Shown one piece after another: positions 24,601 through 38,640 of a stretch of 63,817 nt of DNA. The position numbers were made by a program, and so were the translations under genes. Under the pieces are notes generated by a model that was not told the DNA's origin, made no database searches, and was given only the letters and a program-made list of their open reading frames with translations. Within the stretch, counting starts at the first letter, position 1; every line of letters begins with the position of its first letter. Origin of the DNA: Vermamoeba vermiformis (Eukaryota); NCBI GenBank assembly GCA_045837725.1, contig JBEWZL010000258.1, positions 1 to 63,817 of the forward strand, in the 5' to 3' direction.

Positions 24601-24674
24601 ACGTTTATCGTTGTCTGCGCGTTACTCGTAGCGAGTAACAGCCCAACGAGGCACAACAACACAAAGGCATTCAT
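21643..24674 (-). CDS. Secreted, probably GPI-anchored glycoside hydrolase (GH-A clan, GH51/arabinofuranosidase-like), multi-exon
   Basis: Signal peptide MNAFVLLCLVGLLLATSNA; PGVLRYWGG, YLEYGNELWG, AIYEIN; C-terminal beta domain ending SLPPHSVTSL and a hydrophobic tail. Confidence 0.7.
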
Positions 24675-25325
24675 GTTTGTATCTTGTGCGATAAAAGTCA
24701 CAATGAGTGGACGGAACGGTTATTACGCCGTTTTTGCGTCCATTGTGAGCCGTATCTTTTCACGACCGGTCCAATAATGACATACGGGACGATTGGACTT
24801 GCAAATTAAATTTTTAACATGCATAGGCAGCCTACAAAGGTAATTAGTGACACCACAAAAATACTTGATCTGGAATAATTTGTAAGCTGAGAAATAATTC
24901 CTTAATATTTATTCTCGCGCTTACTTGGACTTGAATAATCTTCCCTTAAAAACTGGGAATCAACTTAGAGATGTGAGGCGAGATCAGCTAATCTATTTAT
25001 ACTACTTCCATCCATTTCGTGTTACTTGTGGGCAGGATAAGTCATGCGGCATATACCCGCGTTAATCTATGTGTTGTTGAAGCAACGAGCGGTTGTAGAA
25101 TGATACGCATCGTAAATTGTTTGTTTTTTGAATTATTTTCTTGTCAACATCCTGAACAACACAACCAATCGTCTCCATTTATAATAATATTTATTGTAAA
25201 AGTATGCGACGTGCAGAAGGTTGCACGAACGATGAAATCACCAGCAGTTTTCTCGCAGATTTACATAGAAAAGCGAGGCAACTTGTCTTTGGACAGCGCG
25301 TTTTGAATCAATTTACACTTCAAAA

Positions 25326-27518
25326 ATGAACACAAAACAACAGGTAATTATAAAATAATAAATTGAAATTATTCGCTCACTTCCGGTTCCAAGCTTCACG
25401 TTCCAAAGCCCAGAGACAAAAGACCGCTTGACATTTCACTAACTGTGAGCCAAGACGTAAGAGAAGTCAAAGGCAAGGTTTTACAGTAAGTATCGCGCTG
25501 AAACACAAGTTGGTTGCTAATTTCAGATGGGAAATTGATCCCGATCAGATCAGCTTCGATGAAAGTCAAGTGCTCGGAGAAGGAGCTAACGCAACTGTTT
25601 ATAGCGGTAAGAAATTATTGGCGAATTTAAATTTCCTATTTATTCATTATTGAAATTTAGGCGAGCTTGCTGGTACCAAGGTGGCAATTAAAAGCATGAC
25701 GATGAGTAAAGACATCGATGAACGATTAATTGACAAAGAGTGCGCTGTCATGAGGTATGGATTTAATCCCAGCGATCGCGTGGTTTCTTGCTAATATTGA
25801 AATAGCGCGTTGCAGCACCCCAATATCATTTCCTTTTTAGGAAAAGCAAAGAAAAACGGCCACTTACTCATCGGTAATAACCCGTCGATTTATTTACCCT
25901 ATACTAATGTTGTTTTAGTGACCGAACTTCTTCCGAATGGATCCGTGCAAAACTTGCTCGAAAATAATCCTAAAAAAGTCACCCGCGTGCAGAAAATGAA
26001 ATGGATCTTTCAACTAGCAAGTGCTATATCGTTGATGCACGCAAAAGGCTTCGTTCACTTAGATTTGAAACCTGACAACTTGCTCTTGGATTCGAACAAC
26101 GATCTGAAACTCGCTGACTTTGGCTTGTCTCAGCTCAGTTATAGAAAGATCAGACCTAATGGTAATGAGAGTAAATAATTCAGCAATGCATATTAATGTA
26201 GCGAGTAGGTACGCTCGGATACGCCGCGCCAGAAATTTTGAAGGCAGTCAACGATTTCAGTACGTGCTCGAAGCCCTTTTTAACTATTTCTAATAATACA
26301 TGTAACAGAGTATCGCGCCTTCATTTCAGAAAAGGCTGATGTATACAGCTTCGCGACAATTATTTGGGTGTTGTTGTGGCAAGACTTCATGAACTTGCCC
26401 GACACCGAACAGACCTTGCAAGGAATTCACCCGACAATTCCTGACGACTGCAGCGATAATTTGCGCGAATTGATGGAGAAATGCTGGATTGCGGATCCTG
26501 ATGAGAGACCTACTCTGAAGGAACTGATCGATTCGCATCTGCTGCACGAGGTACGTACGAGTATCAAACGACGGGCCAATACTGACGATGCCAATAACAG
26601 GCCCTACTGGATATCGTATTCGACGAGCCAAATTTGGCCGCAGCGCGTGAAATTTGGAAGCGAGTAACCTTAATTAAAGGCATTACAGTGGTACGTACTG
26701 CGGCTCGATTAGGAAGCAATGATCGATTAACCTGCTGCCATTAGAGGCTAGAAAAGGCACCGTTCCTCAAGTTCTTCCAAGAGTTGCGTCAGTACATCAA
26801 GATGCCGCCACAAGAGCTGTCTCGATTACCGTACATGAAAACACTTGAGGGATTGTTTGGTAACGCAATAATAATTAATCATCCCGCGCATAATATTCAT
26901 ATTTTGACAGCGAATAAGAAAGGGCTCATCTCGATCGAAAACTTTGCGCGGATGGTGAATTGTTTTGGTCCAGTTGACGAACACTTCATGCACTGTATCG
27001 TCGATGCAGCCAGACATTCGTAAGTAGCTTTTGTACGTTACAGTCTCTCGCCTAACTTTTATAAGGTGGTTCCAAGGAAAGATCAACCGAGCAGACTCCG
27101 CTATCATTCTCGCCAACGCACCAGAAAACACATTCTTGGTTCGATTTAGTTCGATTCGGAGAGGTAGAACTATTAAAAAGTATTTGCATCGTAAATAACA
27201 CATCACATCATGATAGGGCACTTTTCACTCGACAAAACTATCAAAGGATGCACAGGCAACAAACCGTCAGAAGTGATTCACATCAAATTGCGTCTGAACC
27301 CAAAGAATTGGTTGTTCGAATACAACGCCGATGAATGGGAGTCGCAAGGCAAGATCAGATTCAAAGAAGAGACGTCCAAAATGAAACCTTTGGAAGCCAA
27401 ATGCTCGACCTTGTGCGAAGCGATCGAATTCTTAAAAGAACGATATCAGTTGGAGCATCCTGTCTTGTTGAACAAGTTCCAGCCCTGGTTTGCTCATCTA
27501 CCGCACATTCAAGCTTAA
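25326..27518 (+). CDS. Protein kinase with C-terminal SH2 domain (Dictyostelium Shk-like)
   Basis: LGEGANATVY, VAIK, HLDLKPDN, DFG, GTLGYAAPE; then WFQGKINRADS..TFLVRFSS. Confidence 0.85.
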
Positions 27519-27553
27519 AATTAAAGTATATTTATTTAAATAAAGCATACTAT

Positions 27554-29599
27554 TTACTCGAGTTCTTCCAGCACGATCACTTGCGAATAAGCCGCGGATC
27601 TGCGCCTTCTGATGATCTTGTACGCCACAAATCCAATGACGCTAATGACGAGAACGACCAAGGCAACTAAATTATGCAGCTGATACTGAATGAAACTCGG
27701 TGCCTCGACGGTAATTACCGAGTCTGAGACAGGTGCGTGAGTGGGTGGACTGGTGCTTAATGTCCAACAACTGCCGGTGTTATTGCAAGGTAAAATCACG
27801 ATGGAATAATATCCGCTCAGTGGATTCAACAAGAATTCAAAGTCGGTGTTGCCAAGAGTGAATTTACAAACCGAGCTTGGTGACTCCTACTTCGCGTTAG
27901 CAAATTTAACCGGCACTCTAAGAGCGTACCTTGTAACATATGGCCACGGTGCCATTAACTTCAATGCTCGGCAAGTCTTTTGCACGCAGTTTAACTTGCC
28001 CTACGCCGGCACTTCCAGGTCTGTAACGGAATTTCCAGCTCTGTTTTAGCCAGTGCATGCCCGTGACATCGGCGTCTGGCTTCCATTCGACCGTTTGCAC
28101 TGCATTGTGCGCGAGACACAATGAAGCTGGAACTGACGAAGAAGTCACCAGCGCGTCTATCTCCTCAACTTGTAAATAGGACGAACTGTTAGCCGCCTTC
28201 AATGCTCCACATCCGTAGCTGAATATGCCAGCAACATTCTGCGAATAAGTTTCTACAATTTGATTAGCCAGGCCATGAATACGTATTGTACATGGCATAC
28301 CGTCACGTTGCCAACACTCCCACGAGCCTATATTCATATTGTAAGTCCACGACAACTGCACTGCGGTGCTGTACTTGTCGAAGTCAGAGAGTGGATCCGC
28401 GAATAATTTGAAATTGTGAAGCAAGCCGAAGAACGGAGAATGAATTTGAGGGGATCCACCGAGCACGATTGAACCTATTAATGACTATTATCAGTATTAA
28501 GATCTAAAGCCAACCACGAGGCGGCGATGGTGTGGCCGAGTGCGCCCTTGATGGCGGACAATCTTACCTTCATCGACACCTTCAAAGTCGAATTCGACGT
28601 GTCGTTGAATAAACGCATCGCCAACGTGCAACGACAATACTTTGCCTTCAATAGACGCAAATAGAAGCACTACGTTGTCAGTGCTGCCAATCTCCGTAGC
28701 TAATTTGTCCTCACATAATTGCACTCCTCTATTGCGATAGTAAAATCCCAAGCACTTTGTATCATACTCATATTGCAATGTTATAGCGTGGTTTTGTTGC
28801 GATACAACTACAAAAAATTGTTAATTAACCATTTTTTAAGTCAAACAGATCTTATCACGTACTTGTAAATGGGGCTGTAGTATTAATGCCAGATCTATTG
28901 AATATCGATAATAGCGCAGTTATGTATATTCGATCGCTGGGGTAAGTGAAGGCGCTCTCTAATAATCTAAATTCAAAAAGGAACGTTAGATCCGGAAATA
29001 AATTGTGATTCATTTTGCATCATACAGTCATACGATGACATTAAATATTTTAACGTTGATTTGAAAATCAATGGAACGATAGTTCCTGCATTTGATTTGT
29101 ATCATCTTGAATTATTGCCACATAATTCATTTTTAGTTAAATTACAACGAATATTCTTCCAATCGTCATCAGATTTCAATAAGATTGCCTTATTTTATAC
29201 ATAATCTTCGTATTGATATACAATTGACTGAAATACGATTGCTGTCAATAATTTACATCGATCGTGACATAGGAAAAAATTAAATAAATTTTACGGTGGT
29301 TCTGGATCAGCTTACTTGTTATTTAAATAGCTCTTCGGTAAAAATCCTACGACATTCATGCCATTAAAATTGACCAAGTTTGGTTGCAGGATTGGATCTG
29401 ATTGCCGAAACTCGATTTGTCCTCGAGTGTCGCTCCATTTGCTAATTGAATTGAACGCAGCATTGCCAACAGTGATGGACTCCGCCGTGGAGACTAAATT
29501 GATTGACGGCTGACTTTCTGTCAGCACTAGTGTTGCAAAACACAATAGTAGGGCCAAGTACACGCTGAGAAGGTTCTTCATCGGTGGATGCAGCTTCAT
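27554..29599 (-). CDS. Type I membrane protein with signal peptide and LamG/ConA-like ectodomain
   Basis: N-terminal hydrophobic signal, KWSD..FRQSD..QP motif, C-terminal TM LVALVVLVISVIGFVAY followed by RRRR. Confidence 0.6.
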
Positions 29600-29814
29600 A
29601 GGTGTTGCGTCGATACTGAAATATTATTGTAATAGCTTGCTATTTTCCAAATTTCGATTCTTTGTACGAGCACCAATTTCAGATTAATATTAGGGTAAAT
29701 CTATGACAGGTATGAGGGGTTGTGTAACGATTAGAAACGAGCATAAAACGCTTCTGAAAGTTGTCCAAATTAAATCATTAACGACACTGTCTCATACACG
29801 CAACAACTAAACAA

Positions 29815-31164
29815 ATGGTTACCCTCATATTGCCCGCGGCAGGTCGCTCAACTAGATTCGGTGGCGGAAAACCTAAGTGGCTTTTAACGCAACCAAATGG
29901 TCAAGCGATGATAGTCGATGCACTATCAAATCTCGATATGACCGAGGTAACGCGCATAGTCATTATCTTGCTAAAAGAACACGTGGAAAAGTACCTGGAT
30001 GGCAAAACAGATCTGGTGCTGAACATGTTCAAGAACGAGAGCTACTTGTCCAAGATCGAAACCGTGCTACTAGAGGCTCCGACCGCAGATCAATCGATGA
30101 CGGTCTATCAAGGAATCACCAAGGCCAACATCCGTGGTCCAATCTTTATCAAGGACTGCGACAACAGCTACAAATACAAGTAAGTCAAGAATAATATTAA
30201 ATTATATTTGTACTATTTAAAAACAAGCAAGCATAACTTTGAGATCTCGAAGCAAAAAAATTGGTATTTCACATCAAATTAAATTTAGAGTTACTAGTGC
30301 TAAAACAATATAATATGATGCGTACTTACTAAAATATTTTAGAATCGAAGCTGGCAATTTTGTTTGCACGAAGAAGATCGAAGCCACAGATTTCGATGTC
30401 GGTGGCAAGAGCTTCGTTGTTATTCACCACGATGACCTCATTGCTAATATCGTCGAAAAAAAAGTGATTTCAGATCGCTTTTGTGTTGGTGGCTACGCAT
30501 TTGCGAGTGCTGAACAATTTGCACAAAAATATCTTTCGTTGGCTGACCTCCCGCATGCTGGCGAAATCTATGTAAGCAATATTACTAGTTAGTCGATATT
30601 AATAAGCTGTATGAAGCGCTCTGACGATTTTGCAAACAGATCTCGCACGTGATCTATGGAATGATGCTCGAAGAAAAATTATTTAGAGCGCATCAAGTGA
30701 CTGATTATGCAGACTGGGGCACCATCGACGCTTGGACGCGTTACAAGCAAACATTTAGCAATTTATTCGTCGACATTGATGGCACTCTCGTTCACTCATC
30801 CGCGCAACATTTCCCGCCTTTTTGGGGCACCACAGGACCCATAGAAAAGAATAGTACGTATATAAGCATTTGAATTGTATCATATATTAACATATTTGGA
30901 TCAGTTGAGGTTATTAGACGGGCGTACAACAGTGGTCGATCCAAAATAATTTTAATGACCTCGCGTGATGAGAGTTTTAAAGAAGCAACGGAGAAACAAA
31001 TGAAAGAGTTAAATATTCCGTACCATATGATTATCTACGGCCTATTTCATGCAACAAGGTTCGCGATCAACGATTACAACACGACTACGATGCCTTATCC
31101 GACAGTGGTGGCTGTCAATGTACCTAGAGACGAAGAACGACTACCTCACCTGCTGAAAATGTAA
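29815..31164 (+). CDS. Sugar-phosphate nucleotidyltransferase-like domain fused to HAD-like phosphatase
   Basis: LILPAAGRSTRF..PKWLL, IKDCD, DWGT; then FVDIDGTL, MTSR, IND; three introns. Confidence 0.8.
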
Positions 31165-31540
31165 TGAGAAAGCGAGTAAAGCGCATCTAACCATAATAAT
31201 AATTTATTTAAGAATTAAAAGCTTGTTGGGTGCAATTTAATGTAAATATTGCGATAATAAACAGTATAGAGTATTTATTATAGAGGTTAGAAGATTAGTT
31301 ACCAGTAAAGATACGCGAGCTTGGCATGCTAGTTTGATCCCAAACTGCCCAAGTTAGGGTGGACTTGTTTGGAGAATGAATTAATCGATTAAAATCAATG
31401 GTACTCTGTGTGCGTTTATCAATTTAAATCAAAATGAAAACAGTTCTGTGGCGCCAAAAAAAGACACGCACAAAAATCGTTGGACTATCTGTATTTTTTC
31501 TTGTGCCACAAACCACAGCTCGTTCAATTTGAAATCAACA

Positions 31541-34500
31541 ATGCCCGAGCTGCCTGAAATCAAGCGCTATGCATATATGATTAATAAGAAATGCAAGGGT
31601 CTTGAATTCAATTCAGTCTCGTGCTCTTGGGCCAAATATCCTGCCTTGGTAGTCCCGTGGGGAAGGTACGTAATTAAATACACGCAATATTCGCTTTAAC
31701 GGACGCGAAAGTCCGTCGATCTGGATTTCAAATTCATTTAACCGTCATTAAATATCTACGCCCATTATTTTAAATACATTTGACCCCAAAAAAATAATAT
31801 AAATTATATTTAGCAAATTTACTATTTCTGCCGAAGCTAGAGGCAAGGAGTTAATGCTCACCTTAACAAATCCGAGTTCCGTCAGTCAAAAAATGACAGT
31901 TGTATTTACTCATGGTTTGGTAAGTTTATTGTGTATTTATTTTAATTATGGCACGCTTAAATTACGTGCCCAAACGTCAAATCCATTTCCAGGAAATGAC
32001 TGATCCGATCGAAATTTAGGTTGGCTCTTGGGAGTTTACTTCGAGCTCTAGCGTTTCTAAATACGCTCTCGTTCAGTTTACCAATGGTACCAACACGCTT
32101 AGGTGCGCAGTATTCGAGTTTTCTTTTTTGGTCTTTTTCTAACTCTCGATCAGCTACGTGGACGTGCAAAAGATGGGTGGCTACAATGTGGGTACATGGG
32201 GCAAAGATCGCGGACCAGATCCTGTAAACGTAAGCCTTCGCCGTCTGATTCTATTCTATCATATGTAAATTTCCTTTCTGATCCATTATTTCAGGAGCAC
32301 GAGGCCTTCTGTAAAAATATTATGGACTCCATCAAATACGTGGTGTTCAACAAAGATATTTGCGAAGTACTGCTGGAACAGTCTTATTTCAATGGTAGGA
32401 CCAATTGCATCTCTCGTCTGTGTCAACCTTCGTGCCTATCTAATACTTTCCAAATTAGGCATTGGCAATTATCTCCGAGCAGAAATTCTTCACCGCGCCA
32501 ACATTAATCCGTTTACCAAAGCACGTGATGTTTTTAAGTTCACGAAGCTGGACCAAGGCTTCGACAACATCGATCAGAACAGCGATCGCGGCCTCATCTT
32601 ACTTTATTTGTGCAAAGCTATTCCGTTAGAAGTATTGGAGAAAGGACTCAACAAATATGGCAATGATCAGGAGAAGGCTGCATTCGAGGCCTGGTTGACG
32701 TATGTTCGATGATGAAATTTCTTTGATGACACGTGTTGACACTTGTGAAGGGTCTACAACAAAGGAGACAGCAAAAAAGACAAAAAAGGCCGCACAATTC
32801 ACTACACCAACTCGCAAATGGCTGGTGTCGCCAAAGTATCACTGTACAAGCCTGCGTCACGCACTGCTGAGGAAGCACTCGCACGCTTCGAAGGTGATAG
32901 CATTCCTTCGAGCACATCTACTGCCACGGCAGCACCAGCTACAAGCACCGCAGCGACATCAAGCTTTACATTTGGCACTAGCTCGAATAGCAACACGAAC
33001 AGCTTCACGTTCGTCAACACCGCTTCCAAGTTTGGTGATAGCTGGAAGCAAAACACACCGAAACCAGTTCAAATGTACGTACCAATCCATGCTACTCATT
33101 CATAACTAATACTGTTATGTGTCCCTTAGTTCTATTGACGTCTCAAAAATCGATCGTATTTGCGACTTGTCACGTTCTGCTGAAGCTTCATTAGTGCCGG
33201 GTTATTCTTGCCTCCTTGAACACGTAAGGAATTCAAATGCTATTTAAGACTTGCTAACCACATTTGTAGCCCGAAGAGAACCAATTCCACTTGTTACAAA
33301 TCATTGCTGTGAGCAACGGAGCCGTGTTTTGGCAACGATTCGGACCAAGTAAGCAGCACTCACTAGGAAATTTATCATCGAGCCTAATCTAATTATTCGC
33401 GGACAGAGACGTCTCTCGGTGTGCAACTTCGTCAAGGCCCGTCAGACAAGAATCACGCCATTGCACAGTTTGAAGACATTTTCAAAGAGAAGACTGGCCG
33501 CCCTTGGGAAGAACGTGCGTTTGCAGTGCGTCAGCCAGGCAAATACGAGCTCAAGGAGTACGACATGACCACTAGCGCCAAGTCATTTTCAATCCCAAGC
33601 ACACAATCAGCGGAGGTTGGTGGCATGGACCGAGCTGAATTTGGCTCACTCGATCCAATGGCCAAGCTGCTCGTCATGTTGGCCAGCATGGGTCGCAAGG
33701 GCCTGTTGACCACCGAACAGAAATCACACTTGAAGTACAAGATCCTCAACGAACAATCACCGTTGTTGTACAATGCTTTGGAGGCCTATGAACGAGACAA
33801 CAACGAGGCTGAACTCGCTGACACATTTGCAAGAGTGTTGGCCTTCGAGAAGGGAGAACGACTTCACGACCAATTCACGCCCGCACAGCCCGTGCCTTGG
33901 TCCTCGCAGTTCGGATCTGACTCCGACACATTCCAAGGAGTTGACAAGACTGCACCCGCTTGGCCTAAATTCGCTCCGCCCGTTCAATCATCTTCCAGCG
34001 GCTTGACTTCAACACTAACAGACCCATCGTGGCGAGCACTTTTGGAACCCGAATTCTCCAAACCGTACTTCAAGAAGCTGGAGAAGTTCGTCGAAAAGCA
34101 ATACTCGTCCAAGGAAGTATTCCCGCCCAAGGACTTGATTTTCAACGCGTTCAATTTGTGTCCATTTGACAAGATCAAAGTAGTCATTCTCGGTCAAGAT
34201 CCGTATCACGACAACGGTCAAGCTCACGGCCTCTGTTTCAGTGTCATGCGCGGCGTTCCCGTGCCCCCCTCACTGAAAAACATTTACAAGTACGTTTTCA
34301 CTTTGATTTGAATTAAGTGCTCATTGTGTCCTTTGCAGGGAACTCAAGTCCGATGTCGGTTTTGAACCACCAGAGCACGGCAACTTGGAGAGCTGGGCCA
34401 AGCAAGGAGTGCTGTTGCTGAACACCGTGTTGACTGTTGAGGCTCACAAAGCTAACTCGCACAAGGACCAAGGCTGGGAGACCGTAAGTGACTCTTCGAT

Positions 34501-34779
34501 AAAGCCAATATGGTGCTAACCAGAGAATGACAGTTCACGGACGAAGTTATCCGTCAGATTGGCTTGAAGAAGAAAAACGTCGTGTTCTTGTTGTGGGGCA
34601 CGCCGGCGCACAAGAAAGAAAAGTTGTTGAAGATTGGCAATCATCATATTTTGAAGACTGCGCATCCCTCACCGCTCAGCGCGCACGCTGGATTCATTGG
34701 TTGCAAACACTTCTCGATGACGAACACTTTCTTGAAACAACAGGGCTTTGAACCTATTGATTGGCAATTGCCGCAGTAA
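31541..34779 (+). CDS. UNG: NEIL1-like glycosylase - WGR domain - uracil-DNA glycosylase fusion
   Basis: [35 protein letters not shown]; then [15 protein letters not shown]; then GQDPYH, PPSL, GVLLLN, HPSPLS. Splice phases checked by hand from NEIL1 into UNG with no stop. Confidence 0.85.
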
Positions 34780-34867
34780 ATAATTTGTTCAAGCTGTTAA
34801 TTCAGCTTGTGCATTTCAAGGAAAGGTTTATTTTTTAAGCTCTTTAGCAATCAAATACAAGGAGTAT

Positions 34868-37800
34868 TTAACGTTTGTCGTTGAAGCCCATGCGTTCCTT
34901 AATGTCCGCGGGCAAGTTTTCGATGGCTTCTTTTGACAACTTGTCTTGATTCGCCACGACAGCTGTTGCGCTGATCATCGCCAAGGATTGCACACCGAGC
35001 AAAGGCGACAAGTCAATCGAGTACATTGCATTAGTAACGGTCTCCTCGCCAGTCTGTCCGCCAAACAGAATTAATCTGCGCTTGTGCACGCGCATTGATT
35101 GCTTTTCGGCCAAGACGAGCGTGCCTGATTCACCTCCGATGTGAATTGGGTGTCTGGTCCAGGTCAAAGACTCAGTGTCAAACACGCAGATCTTCACTTC
35201 TTTCGTGTCTTGATCGAAACTCGTGCTCAGAAGATATTTGCCAACAGCGACTATTGACCCAGTAATGTCTTGATCGACTGCACCAACTTTATACCAAGTA
35301 GCCGAGCCTGAAAGCAGCAGTTAGAAACCGACAGAACAGCAATGGGACGGGACATACTGAGATTGAGGCAATACAGTTCTAGTGTCCAGCTCTGATTGTA
35401 TCTCTTTAGCCAAATATTATCACCAACCAACGCACTAAAAATGATGATTGATTAGTAATGCGAATGTGCGTTCTAAGTTTACGTACTGGTCGTTATACCA
35501 TGAACCTTTAAATTCTTCACCACGACATCCCTGGGAGACAATATTTCCGTCCTTTTTCGATATTTTGTGGATTGAACCGGATCCAGGATAAAGAATACTA
35601 GACAATTTAATATGTTAGTTCCAATCATAAATCACGTGTCAGCAATCCATACTGGTCTCCCATGTCATAGCTTTTGTACGTTTTCAAATACTCCACAAAG
35701 TATTTAGTCAGCAGAGCAGGATCTTTGTTCCATTTATCGTTTGTGGTGTCAAATTTCACCCAGCAATCATCAAAACCTTGGAACCAAATCTAATTATACG
35801 TCAATAAATAGGTCGTACGGCATTACTCTGCAACATTTGTACCTCATTACCCACGTTGACTGTACGAATCGATTCATAACTGTGGTGATAGATGTCTCTG
35901 GGTGGCAATGCAACGCGCTCCCACTTTCCCAACAATTCTTTGCCGTCTGTCAGACAATTGCCTAAAATGGCAACAATTAATACATCATGCTGAATATTAG
36001 AATAATTTTTACCCATTGGTACGCGCCATAGGTCATAGAAGGGAGCTCCGTTCCAATATTCGCCATCTTCGTAGTGATAATAGTGCTTTCGATACAATCC
36101 ACCTTGCACGTAAATGTGATCGCCAATGACCATCAGCTCGGCGGAATATCTGTTTCATGAACGATGAGTCTCGCAAAACTCGGTTGTTTGTCATTGGTGT
36201 ACCTGGCAGGAATGGCGTGCTCTTGGTCCTCAAACTCGATACGATGACCTACAAATGCGAAATCTCCGAGAGGCGGTGGCAATTTACGGAAAAATCGCTT
36301 CGTAGCAAACGCAGCCAAGTCTAAACGCGACAAAATTAGTTTTAAATGGTCGAATAAGGAACGTCATCCGTCTCTTACCTTCAGCCTTTTTGCCTTGTTT
36401 GTTGACTCGACCAACATCAGCTCCACGTGCCAACAACAGTTCTGTGATCTCGACGTCACCGCGGGCAGCAGCAAGGTGCAGCGGCGTGTCAGGGCACTTG
36501 GAGCCTCCGTCAATATTCGCACCGAGATCGAGCAAAGCTTTCACTTCGTCCGCTCCAGCCTCTTGAACGGCTGAGTGCAAGACAGTACGGAATTCTTCGT
36601 TGACAGCATTGATGTCAACACCAGCCTAAATAAGGAAATGTTGAGTTTTGAGACGCACTTGTAAAATGCCCAAATCTACGTACTGCGACTAAAATCTTCC
36701 AGCCTTTAATTCGATCTTCAAGTTTTTTGCGGTAAGTCAGTACTTGAACGAGATACTTGTTGCTGGTTTTATCGAGATCGAATCCGCAGTCAATCACTTT
36801 GCGCGCCATCTAATTCAATGAGTTATCATCCCAGTGATAAAAACTTAATAGCGTTATGTTTTAACTTGCCTCGATGTCGGGACATCTAGAAATTACCAAA
36901 TCAAGTAATAAAGCCCCTTCGTTGCTTCGGGCATTGATGTCAGTTCTCGGGTCATCCAAGAACAACGGTAAGGCTTCGGGATAATCCACTGACCTCATCA
37001 CCGGGGTGTACCCATACGCGTCACGAATGTTGACTTCTATTTTTGGATGTTTCAATAAACAACGTACTGGTGTCGTACGATTAGCAAAAATGATCAGTAG
37101 AGGGTCTCTAACAAGCAAAAGTTAAATATTATCGGACTAACAACCCACAGGTCATGAGTGTACCTATTCTCTGGCGGCTTGTTCGGATCTTCCCCGATGC
37201 TGTACAGATACTCGACAACTGGTTCAATATCGTTGTATCTACCGAGAGCACGAATGAGAAGGCCATCCGGTAGCGCGAATGATTTGCTGCAAAGTTTTAA
37301 AAGTCTGCACACGTGCGTAGAATCGCCTTGGTGTATGTACTGCGAGACTAGTCAGCAATGAATTGAAATTTATGAGCTATATATATTACGTTTTTAAGGG
37401 TATCTCTTGTGAGCTGTTGAAGTGCCGGATTGGGATTGAAGATTGAAAGCCAATTGTACAACCGCACGTTGAAGCTCGAACTGTTTGCGTATCTAACAAC
37501 AGAAACATTATATATATAGCCCTCAAATATATAAGGAGTTAGTACGTACACGCCCTCGCCTGTAATTACAGACCATGTGTCTCTGAAGCTAATTTCATCT
37601 CCCAAGTCGTAGTAGTTGTAATTATTCTTGCTCGCCATTTTACTCGCGGCCATGTAGGGAGAACCCGTGCAGGCATTGTTCACGTCGTGCTTATCAAGCA
37701 AACTTTTCAAATTGACATACTCAGCCCCATCAAAAAAGTACTTTCCGTCTTTGCGTTGGATCTCGTGGTCTTGGAGCTCCAAACCGTTGTTTCCTTTTTT

Positions 37801-38640
37801 AGCAACCGTAAGCAGAAATTTGTCATTATTGAATCGCAAGAGCCACAAGTTCTCTTCGTAGAGCAGCTTTCGGGCGTTGTCGTCGCTCACAAATCCGTAA
37901 AAGTGAGGTCTGTAAGTGCAACATTAATCGTAAAACTATGTAATATATGTATAGTGCTTACAATAGAAGTCCAACGTCATCGAGCAGATCGAAGAGGAAT
38001 TCTATAAAATGCCGCAGATCCGACAAAATACCGAAGCACTTGCAAGCTCGGTCAAAGCTAGCGGTTGTAATCGTAGTATATTTGAGGGCTTCGTCTGTGC
38101 ATAGAGCAGCAAATGCGTCCGAGTACCAGCTGTTGTACGGAAGATCTGCATTTGCAAGTTTCGTGCCTTGAACGTAGCTTAATCCACCAATTGCCGTTAT
38201 AAAAGGCTCCAATTGAATAACGAAGTCCTTGTAAGAAACACTAACAGAAGGACGCAGGTCTTTAATTCCCTCGACTGTAAAAATTAAAATTAAATCAGAA
38301 AATTTACTTTTATTAGAAAGGTTTAAATAACACGCCTATTTGGTGTCGAAAATAGAATTTTATCGTCTATAAATAAATTGGGTGTAAAGATACGTACTGA
38401 TCTGATTTTCGTTCATTTTTAGACGTTAAAGTGGCTAGCTTACTGAGGCCAGAGTCTTTCGATTGAGGCAGTAGATCAAAACAAGCTCGAGTTGTCTCCT
38501 TTATCGGTCAGATTCAATAAAAGCTGGTTGAGAAAATCTCGTTAGAGGTTCTTAGCGAGGATTAAATCGAGATTTTACGGCAGTACCTACGTACCCTTTG
38601 CAAATTACCACAACATGTTGCTGACCACTACTGCTGCCAA
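34868..38640 (-). CDS. SH2-like + ankyrin repeat + kelch-like protein with BC-box-like C-terminus (possibly two genes; start uncertain)
   Basis: YGFVSDDNARKLL..WLLRF (SH2-like); DTPLHLAAARGDVEITELLLARGAD; IYVQGG and LILFGG; in-frame splice possible near 37390->37341. Confidence 0.6.
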
